Shown here piece after piece: positions 24,301 through 35,155 of a stretch of DNA of 64,000 nucleotides; the stretch's first letter is position 1, and each line of letters opens with the position of its first letter. Below the pieces are notes generated by a model. That model was not told the origin of the DNA and ran no database searches. It saw only the letters and a list, made by a program, of their open reading frames with translations. The stretch is from assembly GCA_946965045.2 (NCBI GenBank), contig OX337229.1, positions 3,348,001 through 3,412,000 on the forward strand, given 5' to 3'. Origin of the DNA: Epithemia pelagica. Taxonomy: Eukaryota; Protista; Bacillariophyta. The position numbers and the translations under genes were made by a program.

Positions 24301-24584
24301 TCAGCCTCAGCGATACTGGAGCTCATGATCCCAGTTGTCGAAGCAGTCTGAGTCTGAGGCAGAGAAAGTGGATCAGTACCAGAACGAGAAGGGGATCGTC
24401 GTAAGTTGGATTCCTGCACTTGTTGTGGCTGTTGTGTTGAACCATCAACAGTGGAGGAAGGGAGAGATTGGATCACGGACGATGCCAGCGAGCAACAAAG
24501 CTCATCGGTGCATTTACAATCGACGCATTTACATGTCGGTGATCCACAAGCTGGGCAATTTGATCCACCTTGTTCTGATGCCAT
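21324..24584 (-). CDS. ATP7: Copper-transporting P1B-1 ATPase (ATP7/HMA5/RAN1 type)
   Basis: Two HMA domains (GMSCINC, GMTCSMC), TGES, CPCALGLATP, DKTGT, SEHPL, GDGINDSP, YNVLGIP and MALSS motifs. Start placed at Met 24584 (MASEQGG); in-frame ATG at 24677 is possible. Confidence 0.95.
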   Translation of the reverse strand: MASEQGGSNCPACGSPTCKCVDCKCTDELCCSLASSVIQSLPSSTVDGSTQQPQQVQESNLRRSPSRSGTDPLSLPQTQTASTTGIMSSSIAEAEFSIDGMSCINCANSIERSVRQLEGILSVTINLGTDSANVSWDKSTNISPSQIQEAIESVGYSVEHINVLSSTLEEGKTKTMDPLSVSGEQEELPKPIEAEIHVGGMTCSMCSQAIENALGVVSGVEKVSVVLATDIAHVTWDGQVTTIEEITEAIENIGYEVERVEYPQAPPHHSKSALPTDGPTISEGMEERWQRISRRQAEKVQKKRLAFQWSLVGTLPILIITMGIDHVLHHGFLYHSITVAGHSVQLKAFILWLLATPVQFIAGFEFYKMTYYNLRSRRAGMDVLVALGTTAAYGYAVVGAISGDSMSPNFFETSAVLICFVLAGKWLQASAVRRTSEALTRLMQLQSKTAVKVTPLSKDPSAGFNPWVDPFSEAVVSIQEIQKGDVIKVIRGSSIPADGRVLFGAMSVDESMVTGESMPVLKTSGSDVLGGTICVESDESGAHDSSVGASFVQVTGVGSDTALAQIIQLVQDAQTRSVPIQTFADTVSSIFVPSVCLISLLTYMTWYALCKSKVVPASWYEDLGEDPVTFSLMFGIACLVISCPCALGLATPTAVMVGTGQGAKLGVLMKGGEALEVASKVDSVIFDKTGTLTRGKPAITDFVRVDTDDNLTDELLLWLLGCLERTSEHPLAKAVVSYAEDKLPDGYLRDKPFVEPTEFRALTGRGASGVVSGTVKIAAGNRSFAAICNFDVPGSAEKAMQDMELMGKTAILVAVNEKVVLLLGLSDDLKPGARDSIEYLRDVMHVDVWMVTGDNERTARAIALQLGLPTQRVIAEALPAAKLEQVRKLQDEDRLVAMIGDGINDSPALAQADVGISVGTAAEIAAEASDLVLVKGNVEDVCTALHLSRAIFRRIQLNLIWSLLYNVLGIPLAAGAFYPLVQRRLPPTVAALAMALSSVSVVLSSLSLRLYTPPDVIRPEPTSRRRSRIASWYLSRGDSNANQYGGNDLRQDLLSSDFLSTSEVTETTAVVDNRSYRIEEVSNDIP

Positions 24585-24938
24585 TTTCTTCGTTGTTTGT
24601 CGTCCAACCACACGATCGGAGATCGGAGACGATCTCTCCCTGTAGTCCTTTCTTTTTTCAATTCTTTTCAGAGACAAGATACGGAATACGGATGTCTAAA
24701 CGAATGAGAGCGAATAGGCAGCCGTACAAGGTTAGGGATATCAACAGTGGTACTGGGTCGCTCTTGTAACGCTGAAAAGCAAAAACGTACGACCCGGAAG
24801 TTGAAGTGTTGTGTGGGCCCATCATCAATCCATCGCGATATCCAAAAAATAGATGACGCGTCCCGAGTTGGAGAACAACATTCGAGAAAGCGAACAAGTT
24901 ATCGTCTCGACGTCCATTGTCCATTGCACAAGTAGAAC

Positions 24939-26183
24939 ATGAAATCGAACGCCCTCCTTTTCCTGGCCCACACCATTGCGGTGGAGAGATTTGGTATTGT
25001 CACCGGATGGCATGTTTCTAGTTTGACACAGCGCAACTCCCCACGAACCGTCCTGGCTTCCGTGGCAGTTCCGACCGAGACGACGTCCGTACGTGGCTCC
25101 GTGAAGGAACATTCTCATTGCCAAGAGCCGGGAGATCGCGACATCCTTGTACGCGCTGCTCGAGGAGAGAAAGTCGAACGAACACCGGTTTGGATGATGC
25201 GACAAGCAGGACGATACATGGCCGCCTTTCGCGCCTATTCCGACAAGATCCCCTTTCGCGAACGCAGTGAAACTCCGGATTATGCCGTCGAATTGTCTAT
25301 GCAATGTCATCGGGCCTACGGAATGGATGGAATTATCATGTTTAGTGACATTTTGACTCCTTTGCCAGTTCTTGGTGTTGATTTTGATGTCGTCAAAGGC
25401 GTTGGCCCCGTGATTTCGACATCGATTCGAACTGTAGACGACGTGAACAACTTGCCCGAGCACACCTTTGATGAAAAGGTGCCTTTCATTGCTGAAATTT
25501 TGAATCGTCTCAGCAAAGAAGCCGAAACTGCCAACACGTCGTTGATTGGATTTGTTGGAGCACCTTTCACCCTGGCCGCCTACACGATTGAAGGAAAATC
25601 GTCAAAGCACTGTTTGGAGGCCAAGAAGCTGCTCATGGCCGACGAAACTGACGAGAACAAGTGTATTTCACTCTTCCTTGAGAAATTGGCCAACATGATT
25701 GGTGCATATGGCTGTCATCAAATTGAGAATGGCGCTCAAGTGATTCAGGTGTTTGAGAGTTGGGCCCATCAGCTTTCACCCTATTGGTTCACCAAGTACG
25801 CCAAGCCGGCGGCTCAAAAGGCAATCTCGATTATCAAAGAAAAATACCCTGATGTTCCCGTTATTTACTTTGCGAATGGCGGTAGCAGCTATTTGGAGCT
25901 TCAACGTGACATGGGATGTGATATGATCTGCTTGGATTGGGCAGTGGACATGGCGCAGGCAAGGACAATTCTTGGTCCAGACGTTCCAGTCTCAGGTAAC
26001 CTTGACCCCTCTGTTTTGTTCGGAACAAAAGAACAAATTGAACAAGCTGTGCGAGAGTGCATCGACAAAGCTGGTGGACCGGGTAACCACCTTCTGAACC
26101 TGGGTCACGGTGTCGTGCAAGGGACACCGGAGGAATCTGTCAAATGGTTGGTTGATGAGGTGAAGCGCTACAGGGGAGATTAG
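24939..26183 (+). CDS. hemE: Uroporphyrinogen decarboxylase, plastid-targeted
   Basis: PVWMMRQAGRY, IMFSDIL, LIGFVGAPFTLA, QVFESWA and LNLGHG motifs; signal peptide plus transit-like N-terminus. Confidence 0.97.
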   Translation: MKSNALLFLAHTIAVERFGIVTGWHVSSLTQRNSPRTVLASVAVPTETTSVRGSVKEHSHCQEPGDRDILVRAARGEKVERTPVWMMRQAGRYMAAFRAYSDKIPFRERSETPDYAVELSMQCHRAYGMDGIIMFSDILTPLPVLGVDFDVVKGVGPVISTSIRTVDDVNNLPEHTFDEKVPFIAEILNRLSKEAETANTSLIGFVGAPFTLAAYTIEGKSSKHCLEAKKLLMADETDENKCISLFLEKLANMIGAYGCHQIENGAQVIQVFESWAHQLSPYWFTKYAKPAAQKAISIIKEKYPDVPVIYFANGGSSYLELQRDMGCDMICLDWAVDMAQARTILGPDVPVSGNLDPSVLFGTKEQIEQAVRECIDKAGGPGNHLLNLGHGVVQGTPEESVKWLVDEVKRYRGD

Positions 26184-26496
26184 ACAATTCAGGGGGAATT
26201 CGGACCGTTTTGTTGTACTGAAGACTTCCTCATCCTTTATCTGCCATGCTGACAACCGGAATGCTTTGTTCCAATTGCTGTTCTGTCTCAGCTCAAGCTT
26301 CCTTGCTACCTTCAAGAAGCTTTTACGCACATTTCAAGAAATCCCAAGGCCAACATATGGAATAGAATGTGTCAAACTGTATGCTCTAACAATTTCTATA
26401 TTTATTTCTAGTCTTGGAATTCTGGAATGGGTTCACCCTCTTCTCTCTTTCACATCTCTATACCGTGGTTTGCGCGTCCTTCAAAAAATTGGAAAA

Positions 26497-27449
26497 TCAG
26501 GCATCCTGGACCCACCAACGCCTCCGCAAAGGTGTTTGCGATGCCGTATTCTGAGGGCGTGCGGCAGATGTTTTCACCTCAAACGCTCCAGAGAGATTGG
26601 CCTGTGCCGAGTGAGGGGAGAACTCAGCAGGAGGATTTGCCAAAACGGTTTTCTTGATAAGCTCAGCGCCCTGCTCAACCGTGGCAGCGAAATCCATATC
26701 TTTCCCGGAAAGCGTTACAAACTGATTGACAACATTTTCCACCTGACTAAACTTTTTAGCTGGGACAGACACTTGTGCTACCCGACGACCTTTTGAGTAG
26801 AGTTGCACCGTTGGCAGCTTGGTGATACCAAGAGACTTACAGAGGGCTTCGCTTTTGGACCACTCAATGGACGCGATCCGAATATCGTTCTTTTTCACCA
26901 GTTGACCATTGCGGGCATCTACCCAATCGGCTTTCCGCGCAGCAAGTTTCGAGAAATGTAGACCGAACTTTTGACAAGATTTGCACCTATTATTATTTCG
27001 ACGGAACACAATAGTAAGCAATGATTGACGAATGACAAGTATAGGGAAACATATTTTGTAACTTACCACGAAGCATGGAATTTGATAACGCATAGTCGAT
27101 CATCTTCATTGAGGAATTCCAGAAGCTCAGCTTTGGATTCGATAGTACGCGTTCTTGCTACAGCTCCATCTGGAAGCTTTGTTGCCACATCGGTAGTTCT
27201 TGGCCGAGGAGCAGGTTCGACATACCACTCGGAGGATTCGTCCAAATACATGGAGAGTGATGAAGAAGGTCGGAAACTGCCCATCTCATCCAGTCTTCGG
27301 TCCCAGGCTTGTGAGGGATACGCACTGGTCCGGACAGTTCGTTCCAAAATCGGACCTGAAAAAGCCGTAACACATGATGTGCTTATGGAGAGAGCTATCA
27401 AGAAGGCCGCGACAATTGGTGCCACTTTGGTATAGCAGGATGCTGACAT
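26497..27449 (-). CDS. Thioredoxin-like protein (WCKSC), plastid-targeted; complement(join(26497..26986,27067..27449)), ~290 aa
   Basis: An 80-nt GT-AG intron (26987..27066) splits the Trp codon TG|G of KFHASW-CKSC; downstream GITKLPTVQLY is Trx-fold; signal peptide followed by VTAF. Confidence 0.85.
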
Positions 27450-28998
27450 TTCTATTCCAGTTTAATGAATTGAACTCTTTCGTCGTGAAGGTGCAAAGGC
27501 GGTTTTGCTTGACCTTGAGTGCGATGCGGAGGAAATGGGACCATGATTCAGGTTCATCCGTTACATGTATACTCAATACTCAAAGTGTTTGTCGTGTAAG
27601 CAGGAAAGCGAAGTCATCAAAATTGCAGGTCGGAATCCAGTGTTGATACCGTATTCTCATTCTTGATTGTCCCATCGCCCAAATGAGTGTGGATCGCAAT
27701 AGTACGCAAGATGTTCTGTTCGCACAAAGAAGAACAGAACTTGCAGTGTCTTGGTCGGGCTTCTTCACGACCACGACACTTCTTGAGCTGACAATGGAAG
27801 CAGGTCCCAATCAGGGACAGACACCAACGGACAGACATGACATGTCAGGTACATGTCTCGTCTGTCAACTGCCAACTGCCAACGTCAAACGTCAACCGTC
27901 AACTCTCTTGGCGTTGACCAACGGGACACATGGTTACCCAAGCTATAGAGTAGGAGTAACTCAAACCTCAAACTACACTACTCCAAGTTGCTCTTTTCGT
28001 CTTCCAGTTTCCAGTGGATTTGGATGAAGTCCATTCTGAAGAAATAAGCACCATTAGGCATGACTCTTTACATCTTTTCGTATAGCGTAGGATTAAGAAT
28101 ACCCCTAAGGTAGTCCATGATGAGGATGAGGGATCAAGGTAGAGATAGATAGATACTCCTACGGAGGAGGAGAAATGGGATGGTGACCTTAGCTCTCTGC
28201 TTTGCCACTTGCCAAAAGAAGTGCGATTGCAACAAACGTACACCTGAACGTGGGAGCGTTTTACCAGCCCCCAAAAATCCCATTGATCGTCAATGGCAAA
28301 GACCAAAAGACCCTGCTGTGACCAGGAATCGACCGCTCGGTAGTGAAATGAAAAAATGTGACAGCGCTATGTAGGCAATAGCAGCGTCCCAATGGCCGGG
28401 AGCCGGGAGGTCTTGATCATCCAAGTAATCGAAAGGGAGCTCCACCGGAAAACCTACTCTTGACCTCTTCAGAGACGATACACCCACCCTTTCATTACTC
28501 ATCTGCTGCTCGGCTGACATACCAAGAACGCTTTGAACTTGACAATTTGCGTTGTGGAAGTCGCGGTCGGTGGAGTCCTATCGACAAGCACCAATCGAAC
28601 CTTCACTACTAATCCTTCAACCGATCCAAGGTGACTGTTCAAGCATCCCGTAGTTGACCTCTCCATCCGAGGTGACGCGTCGTACAACGAAGAGCATAGA
28701 CGCAGAACATTCTCCCGAGCTCCGGCCGGAAGAAAACTCCGTAATCATTATCGGTAACGGCGAAATAAGCGACAGCGACGACGAGCAGAGCTTGGACGCA
28801 AGTGCCGCCTTCCTGAGTGTGAGCGCAGGCGGAGGATCCAACGTCGAAGAAGGCGATTTGGAGGACGTTCTGCCAGAGGATATCCTGCCCGAATCGCTAG
28901 ACGGAACGATTGACGATACTATCGATTCTACGAACGATCTGGATTCAACCATTCTATCGACCGCTAGTGATCCAGAGACGGAAGAATTTGCAAAAGCA

Positions 28999-30075
28999 AT
29001 GTCGTCTTATCACTTGGAGCTTGGGCAGACACCAATGCCGAATTCGGAAAGTGGAATGCGATTCGATGAATTGTACCGCTTAAAAGGCGTACTCGGAACT
29101 GGCGCATTCTCAACCGTACGCGAAGGTTATCATCGCAGCAACGCCGATCTCAGTTATGCTGTAAAATGCATCAACAGAAAGAAGTTGTCAGAAGAAGATG
29201 AAGCTGCTCTGTTAGATGAAGTTGCGATCTTGAAAGAAATGAAGCATGTTCATATCATCCGACTGTACGACTTCTTTGATGAGGCAAACACGTACTACTT
29301 GGTTATGGAGCGCATGCGTGGGGGAGAACTTTTTGATAGAATTGTGGCGAAAGCCTACTACAATGAAAAGGAAGCTCGTGACACTTGCAAAATTTTGCTT
29401 GAGGCAGTTTGTTACATGCACGATAACCACGTAGCTCATCGAGATTTGAAGCCCGAGAATCTCTTGCTTCTGTCGGAAAACGACGACTCTGCTGTAAAGA
29501 TCGCCGATTTTGGATTCGCCAAGAAAGTCTATGACCATAATAGTTTGACGACGCAATGTGGAACTCCTGGATATGTTGCTCCGGAAATTTTGGAAGGTAC
29601 TCCATACGACGAGAGAGCGGATATGTGGAGTGTTGGTGTGATTTTATATATCCTCCTCGGTGGTTACCCACCTTTCATAGAGAGCACACAGCGCGATCTC
29701 TTTAAAAAGATTCGAAAGGGAGAATATGAATTCCATGAAGGTAAGGAGATGTCCTGCAACATAGTATTGTTGTTAACAGCACTGATCTAACATTCTATAA
29801 TTCTCTCAACAGAGTATTGGGGCACCGTCACTGGTGAGGCGAAGGATCTTATCTCTTCATTGTTAACAGTTGATGCGAATCTCAGGCTCAAAGCCGATGA
29901 TGCATTGGAAAATGGATGGATCATGGGAGATGGCGAAAAACTGGCTAAGAAGGATCTGGCGCCGAATCTAGACAAACTGAGAAACTTTAATGGGAAGAGA
30001 AAATTGCGTGCCGCTGTATCGGTAATCATTGCCACTCAACGATTGGAAAACTTGACTAAGGCATTCTCGGAATAG
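28999..30075 (+). CDS. Ca2+/calmodulin-dependent protein kinase; join(28999..29740,29813..30075); true N-terminus may be longer
   Basis: LGTGAFSTV, AVKCI, HRDLKPEN, DFG, CGTPGYVAPE motifs; 72-nt intron restores EEYWGTVTGEAKDLI; C-terminal autoinhibitory/CaM-binding helix NFNGKRKLRAAV. Confidence 0.92.
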
Positions 30076-30205
30076 AGAGAAGTTATTTATCTGTGTCATT
30101 ATTCAAGCCGAATAGATGACTCTGAGGTTACACAAGGAGTTCTACCTCCGCTAGAGAGGCTACGGACTACGGATATTCGTAGTAGACGTAGGAGTCGGTC
30201 ACTGA

Positions 30206-31420
<1,215 letters not shown>

Positions 31421-31437
31421 TTCCAATAGTTCTTAGA

Positions 31438-31830
31438 TCATATGAAGCAACAGTCACAGTCGAATGGGCACTTGTCTGTTGTTCCTGCGTCGGGCTTGTT
31501 TAGAACATGCGCTTTGAATATTTTTACACCGTCTTCAACTCTTCCAGTATATCCTTCTGCGTTGTATTTCCCTCCTAGACCATCGTCAACCCATCCTGGT
31601 GCAAGGCCTTGATCTTTACTTGATTTCGACTTAGTTCGATGTTTGGTTCGGGCTTTCGAGCCACCGTGTGGTCCGGCCTTCCGTTGTTGAGCTTGATCAG
31701 CTTCTTCTTTGAGTTTAGCCTTTTTCTCATCAAAGATTTGCTCTATATCATCCCAGCCTCGCTTAACTCCAGCTTTCTTACAAGATATTTTAGCGCTCTC
31801 CTCGTTTTTCGAATCAATAGGTTTTGTCAT
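31438..31830 (-). CDS. DUF1764-like small eukaryotic protein
   Basis: Lys-rich body; C-terminal GYTGRVEDG...CPFDCDCCF motif; first ATG at 31830. Confidence 0.8.
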   Translation of the reverse strand: MTKPIDSKNEESAKISCKKAGVKRGWDDIEQIFDEKKAKLKEEADQAQQRKAGPHGGSKARTKHRTKSKSSKDQGLAPGWVDDGLGGKYNAEGYTGRVEDGVKIFKAHVLNKPDAGTTDKCPFDCDCCFI

Positions 31831-32111
31831 CTTGTTGACCTTTGGACTTTGGAATAGGAGGAGCAAATGCCGCTCGGAAGGGAAGAGAGTGGTTGGCTTA
31901 TGTCAGTGGCACGTCGAATGGACAAACGCTCGGCTCGCGGAGGAAGGTCAAAATGCTATGTGAGCTACCTACTCCCCTAGCTAGGACAAACCAGCTTTCT
32001 CTACTCAATGTTCTATGGAAGGGAAAAAGGAAAGACTGGTTCCTCGGACAATTGGTCCGTAGACCTTACGATTGTGCGTGTCCGTACTTAGGAGGCCGAC
32101 ATTATAAATAA

Positions 32112-32273
32112 TAACAGGAGAAAGAAACAAGTATACGCGTGGTCACTCTGGCGTAATTTCAGCCGGACGACCGGTCGTCTATCAGCGTGTTAACAGGAGA
32201 AAGAAACAAGTATACGCGTGGTCACTCTGACGTAATTTCAGCCGGACGACCGGTCGTCTATCAGCGTGTTAAC
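32112..32273. repeat. 79-bp direct tandem duplication (2 copies plus 4 nt), intergenic
   Basis: Units start at 32112 and 32191 with one mismatch (CTCTGG vs CTCTGA); each carries the perfect palindrome GACGACCGGTCGTC (32166-32179, 32245-32258). Confidence 0.97.
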
Positions 32274-32421
32274 CATGACAACGAGCTCGTAAGGTTTTTT
32301 GAATTTCGAACGGAATCTGTGGCCTATCGAGCGAATCTGCTTCATTACATATTTTCATTTGATTTGTTAACCTGTTCCTTCGTGACCATAGTGCTATAAA
32401 ATGGCAATAATCGAAGGGAGC

Positions 32422-33897
32422 TCACAGTTCATCCGGATGTTTGTAATGGAACTCTTTCATCAGTCTATGGTCCAAATGTTTTTGAGCAAAAATCAAATCC
32501 TGTCTCGTCATGTTGTGAATTCTTCGTCCGTGATCTTGGCCATACTTGATTATGGCAGAAATCATGCTGCTCTGTGGTTTGATGTCATCTGTGGGGACAC
32601 AACAAAGAAAACGAGCCATCCAATGAGTGGTGGTTTCTCCACTGCACGAACGCACCAAAACTTAAAACACACACACGTCGTACCAAAATACTTTTTTCCT
32701 GCCTTGGATGATTGTGTTTGATACCGAAACTGATCATGTTTCCAGTTTGCACCCACGCACTCCCGTATAGATTCCATAACTTCAGGTGTATGAAACAAAA
32801 TATCTGAGAAATATAAGACGCCATTGTCGCGTGTCGGCCAAAGAGAGAATGAGGATTATTTCTGGTGTCTTCGCAATGTCGTAACTCCAAAACACGTGAA
32901 CAAACGTACCTTCAAACCGGATCATGAGGCGTGGAAAGTGGGCATCGTAGTATTCTCCATACCATTCGGACCAGACATGGACCAAGGAATCCCACGTTCG
33001 TTTGTACTGAAGAAGGGGGCCCAACGCCAGTTGGGCGGGGACACTGGTTTGTCGATCGTCCACGAGATTGGGGCAATGAGACTTGTCGTGATTCCACTTA
33101 AGTAAATAAGGACTTTCACACATAGACTGGAACCATTGATAGGGATCTCGCACAATGACAACCGGCAAAACCGATGAGTGATCATTAGGCTGGCGGAAAA
33201 AATGTCGTCCTCGTAAGGCGACCCACTGGGGTTCGATCCAAGAGCACACCAATTTGAGTGAGTTAGGTAGAAAGCGCAAACGAACAAAGCAGAAGGTATC
33301 ACTCACTCCATGTTTGTGCCAGGGAACATTCGCGAGGATGCCCAACTTAGGGTTGTCGGGCATGGCGAGATTTTGAAAAAAGTATTGTGCCATGGCGTTG
33401 GTGCCCGTGTTGAACATACCTGCCACTGCGGCACTCCGGTTTTTGGATCGATGCATGGATCGAAACTCATGACAACGTTCCAGCCCCAAAATCACAGGCT
33501 TGCCACCGTATAATTTAGTTACATCTTTCCATCTCGGAATCCGAAGCAAGAGTTCCAGGTCAATTTTAATGCCAGCATTTTCCAAAATGTCAATCACCTT
33601 ACGACGCTGATCAATGGCGTCTTGCCAGTATACGGGTTTTCCTGCAACGTGCGTAGTGTTTCGAAGATCGGTCAAGTTGTTCAAAGCCACGACCGGGGTT
33701 TCGGTGGATATTCGACTCAGCGAAATCGAGCCAATGTGGTATTTTCTCTCGCCTTGCTCCTTCCGAGAAAGTTGGGGTGGAGCTTCCAAGCATAGTTGCA
33801 CTGCCATCACAATGGCTGCGAACGCGAGCAAACGCAAGGCCACCTCTTTCAGGCTCAAGGCTCGGCCGGTTTCTTTGGTTCTAGTATTGAGCTTCAT
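32422..33897 (-). CDS. Sulfotransferase-like type II membrane protein, diatom family; complement(join(32422..32588,32684..32803,32910..33225,33307..33897)), ~397 aa
   Basis: N-terminal TM anchor; PAPS-loop-like AGMFNTGTN, then PWHKH, VVIVRDPYQWFQSMC and LMIRFE|D motifs; three GT-AG introns (81, 106, 95 nt) keep the frame through LDHRLMKEFHY. Confidence 0.75.
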
Positions 33898-34183
33898 TGT
33901 CTCAGATACTTGCTCAAATGGAGAGAGACATGGACTTGTTTCTTGTTACATGGCCTGAACTCCAATGACATCCATTTCAGTCGCACAAATTAACGGAAAA
34001 ATTAAGACGCGCGTGAAAAAAAATGCGCGAGACGCGAGATGTACGGGTATCTTTTTGGGGTGCGATCTTTGCGCTCGATTGACACATGGCAGTTGATGGC
34101 TTGAGTAGAGACTCTCATTCCACTTGAACGAGACTGTTCGTAGAGTTTTGATTTACACGGCGGAACGAAGGAGGAGAAAGAAT

Positions 34184-34897
34184 ATGAAGCGCTTTCTTGT
34201 TCATGGCTCACTTCTTGTGGCAAGCTGCATGGGCTTTGTCGTCTTGCCCAATGCAAGATCGCTTCCATCACGGCAACATCATTCGCGCAACACGCCGCCC
34301 ATGGATTCTTGCTTGAACGCTCAACGGAATGCCTTTGAGTCCGCGAAAGCAATTACGATGGCTGGTTTGATTGCTGCATCCTCTGTCTTTTGGAATCCCT
34401 CGGCACCCGCATGGGCCGAAGGGGCACGAGTGGTTGGATCCATTCAAGGTTCCGGATTGGTCTTTAAGGACACTCTTCAAATTGAGTCTTTTGAAGATCC
34501 CAAAGTCAAGGGTGTGACTCTCTATGTGAGCAACTTTCAACGCCCCCTCACGGAACGTCTGACCAGCAATTTCTTGGCCGATCCCTCCTATGCCTCTGTG
34601 GCCTGTGCCAAAACAGGGCCTGTCGCAATTGCCGACAATATTGGCAAGGGAAAGGGAGGGGAACAAGTATTTGATGAATCTCGAAGCTTGTTTTTTAAAA
34701 CTCTCCGTGTTCAACGTCTTTACGATGAAGATACCAATACAGTTGTCTATGTCAGCTACAGCACCCGCCTCGACAAGGGTGATGATACCAATAAGAGCCG
34801 CTTCAAAAGTAGCTTGTGTGCCGTGAATCTCAATGAAAGCGGCGGAGTCAGCAGCAAACCGACCCCTGCGTCCCCTCCACCGCCGTCGGCAGAGTAA
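34184..34897 (+). CDS. CreA-family protein, probably plastid/thylakoid-lumen targeted
   Basis: IESFEDPKVKGVTLYVS, DPSYASVACAKTGP, SLFFKTLRVQRLYD and VYVSYS motifs; signal peptide, transit region and hydrophobic stretch ending APAWA. Confidence 0.8.
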   Translation: MKRFLVHGSLLVASCMGFVVLPNARSLPSRQHHSRNTPPMDSCLNAQRNAFESAKAITMAGLIAASSVFWNPSAPAWAEGARVVGSIQGSGLVFKDTLQIESFEDPKVKGVTLYVSNFQRPLTERLTSNFLADPSYASVACAKTGPVAIADNIGKGKGGEQVFDESRSLFFKTLRVQRLYDEDTNTVVYVSYSTRLDKGDDTNKSRFKSSLCAVNLNESGGVSSKPTPASPPPPSAE

Positions 34898-35155
34898 ATA
34901 AAGTTTAGGCAAGTGTGGTGACGAACTAACGTTACAGATAAAAAAGAGTCTTGTTTCATCAGTGTTACGGATTCTTGTAATTAGACATTTTAAGGACACC
35001 AATCAACAAATGACACCAAGAGATGGTGTCATTCCCTTGCACGATACCAACTTGAACAGGTGTGGTAAGAGTGCTTCTTCAAGTGTCTCTACGAAGTATG
35101 TATTTGCTCGGTTCTACCGAACCGGTTGGAAGATTTGTAGGTGTGTGCATGTGTT

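Noticed and set aside
33231-33240. GTTCGATCC tRNA T-loop-like motif
   Set aside because: It lies in a predicted intron with no acceptor stem, D-arm or anticodon arm around it; no tRNA or rRNA was recognised in the window.
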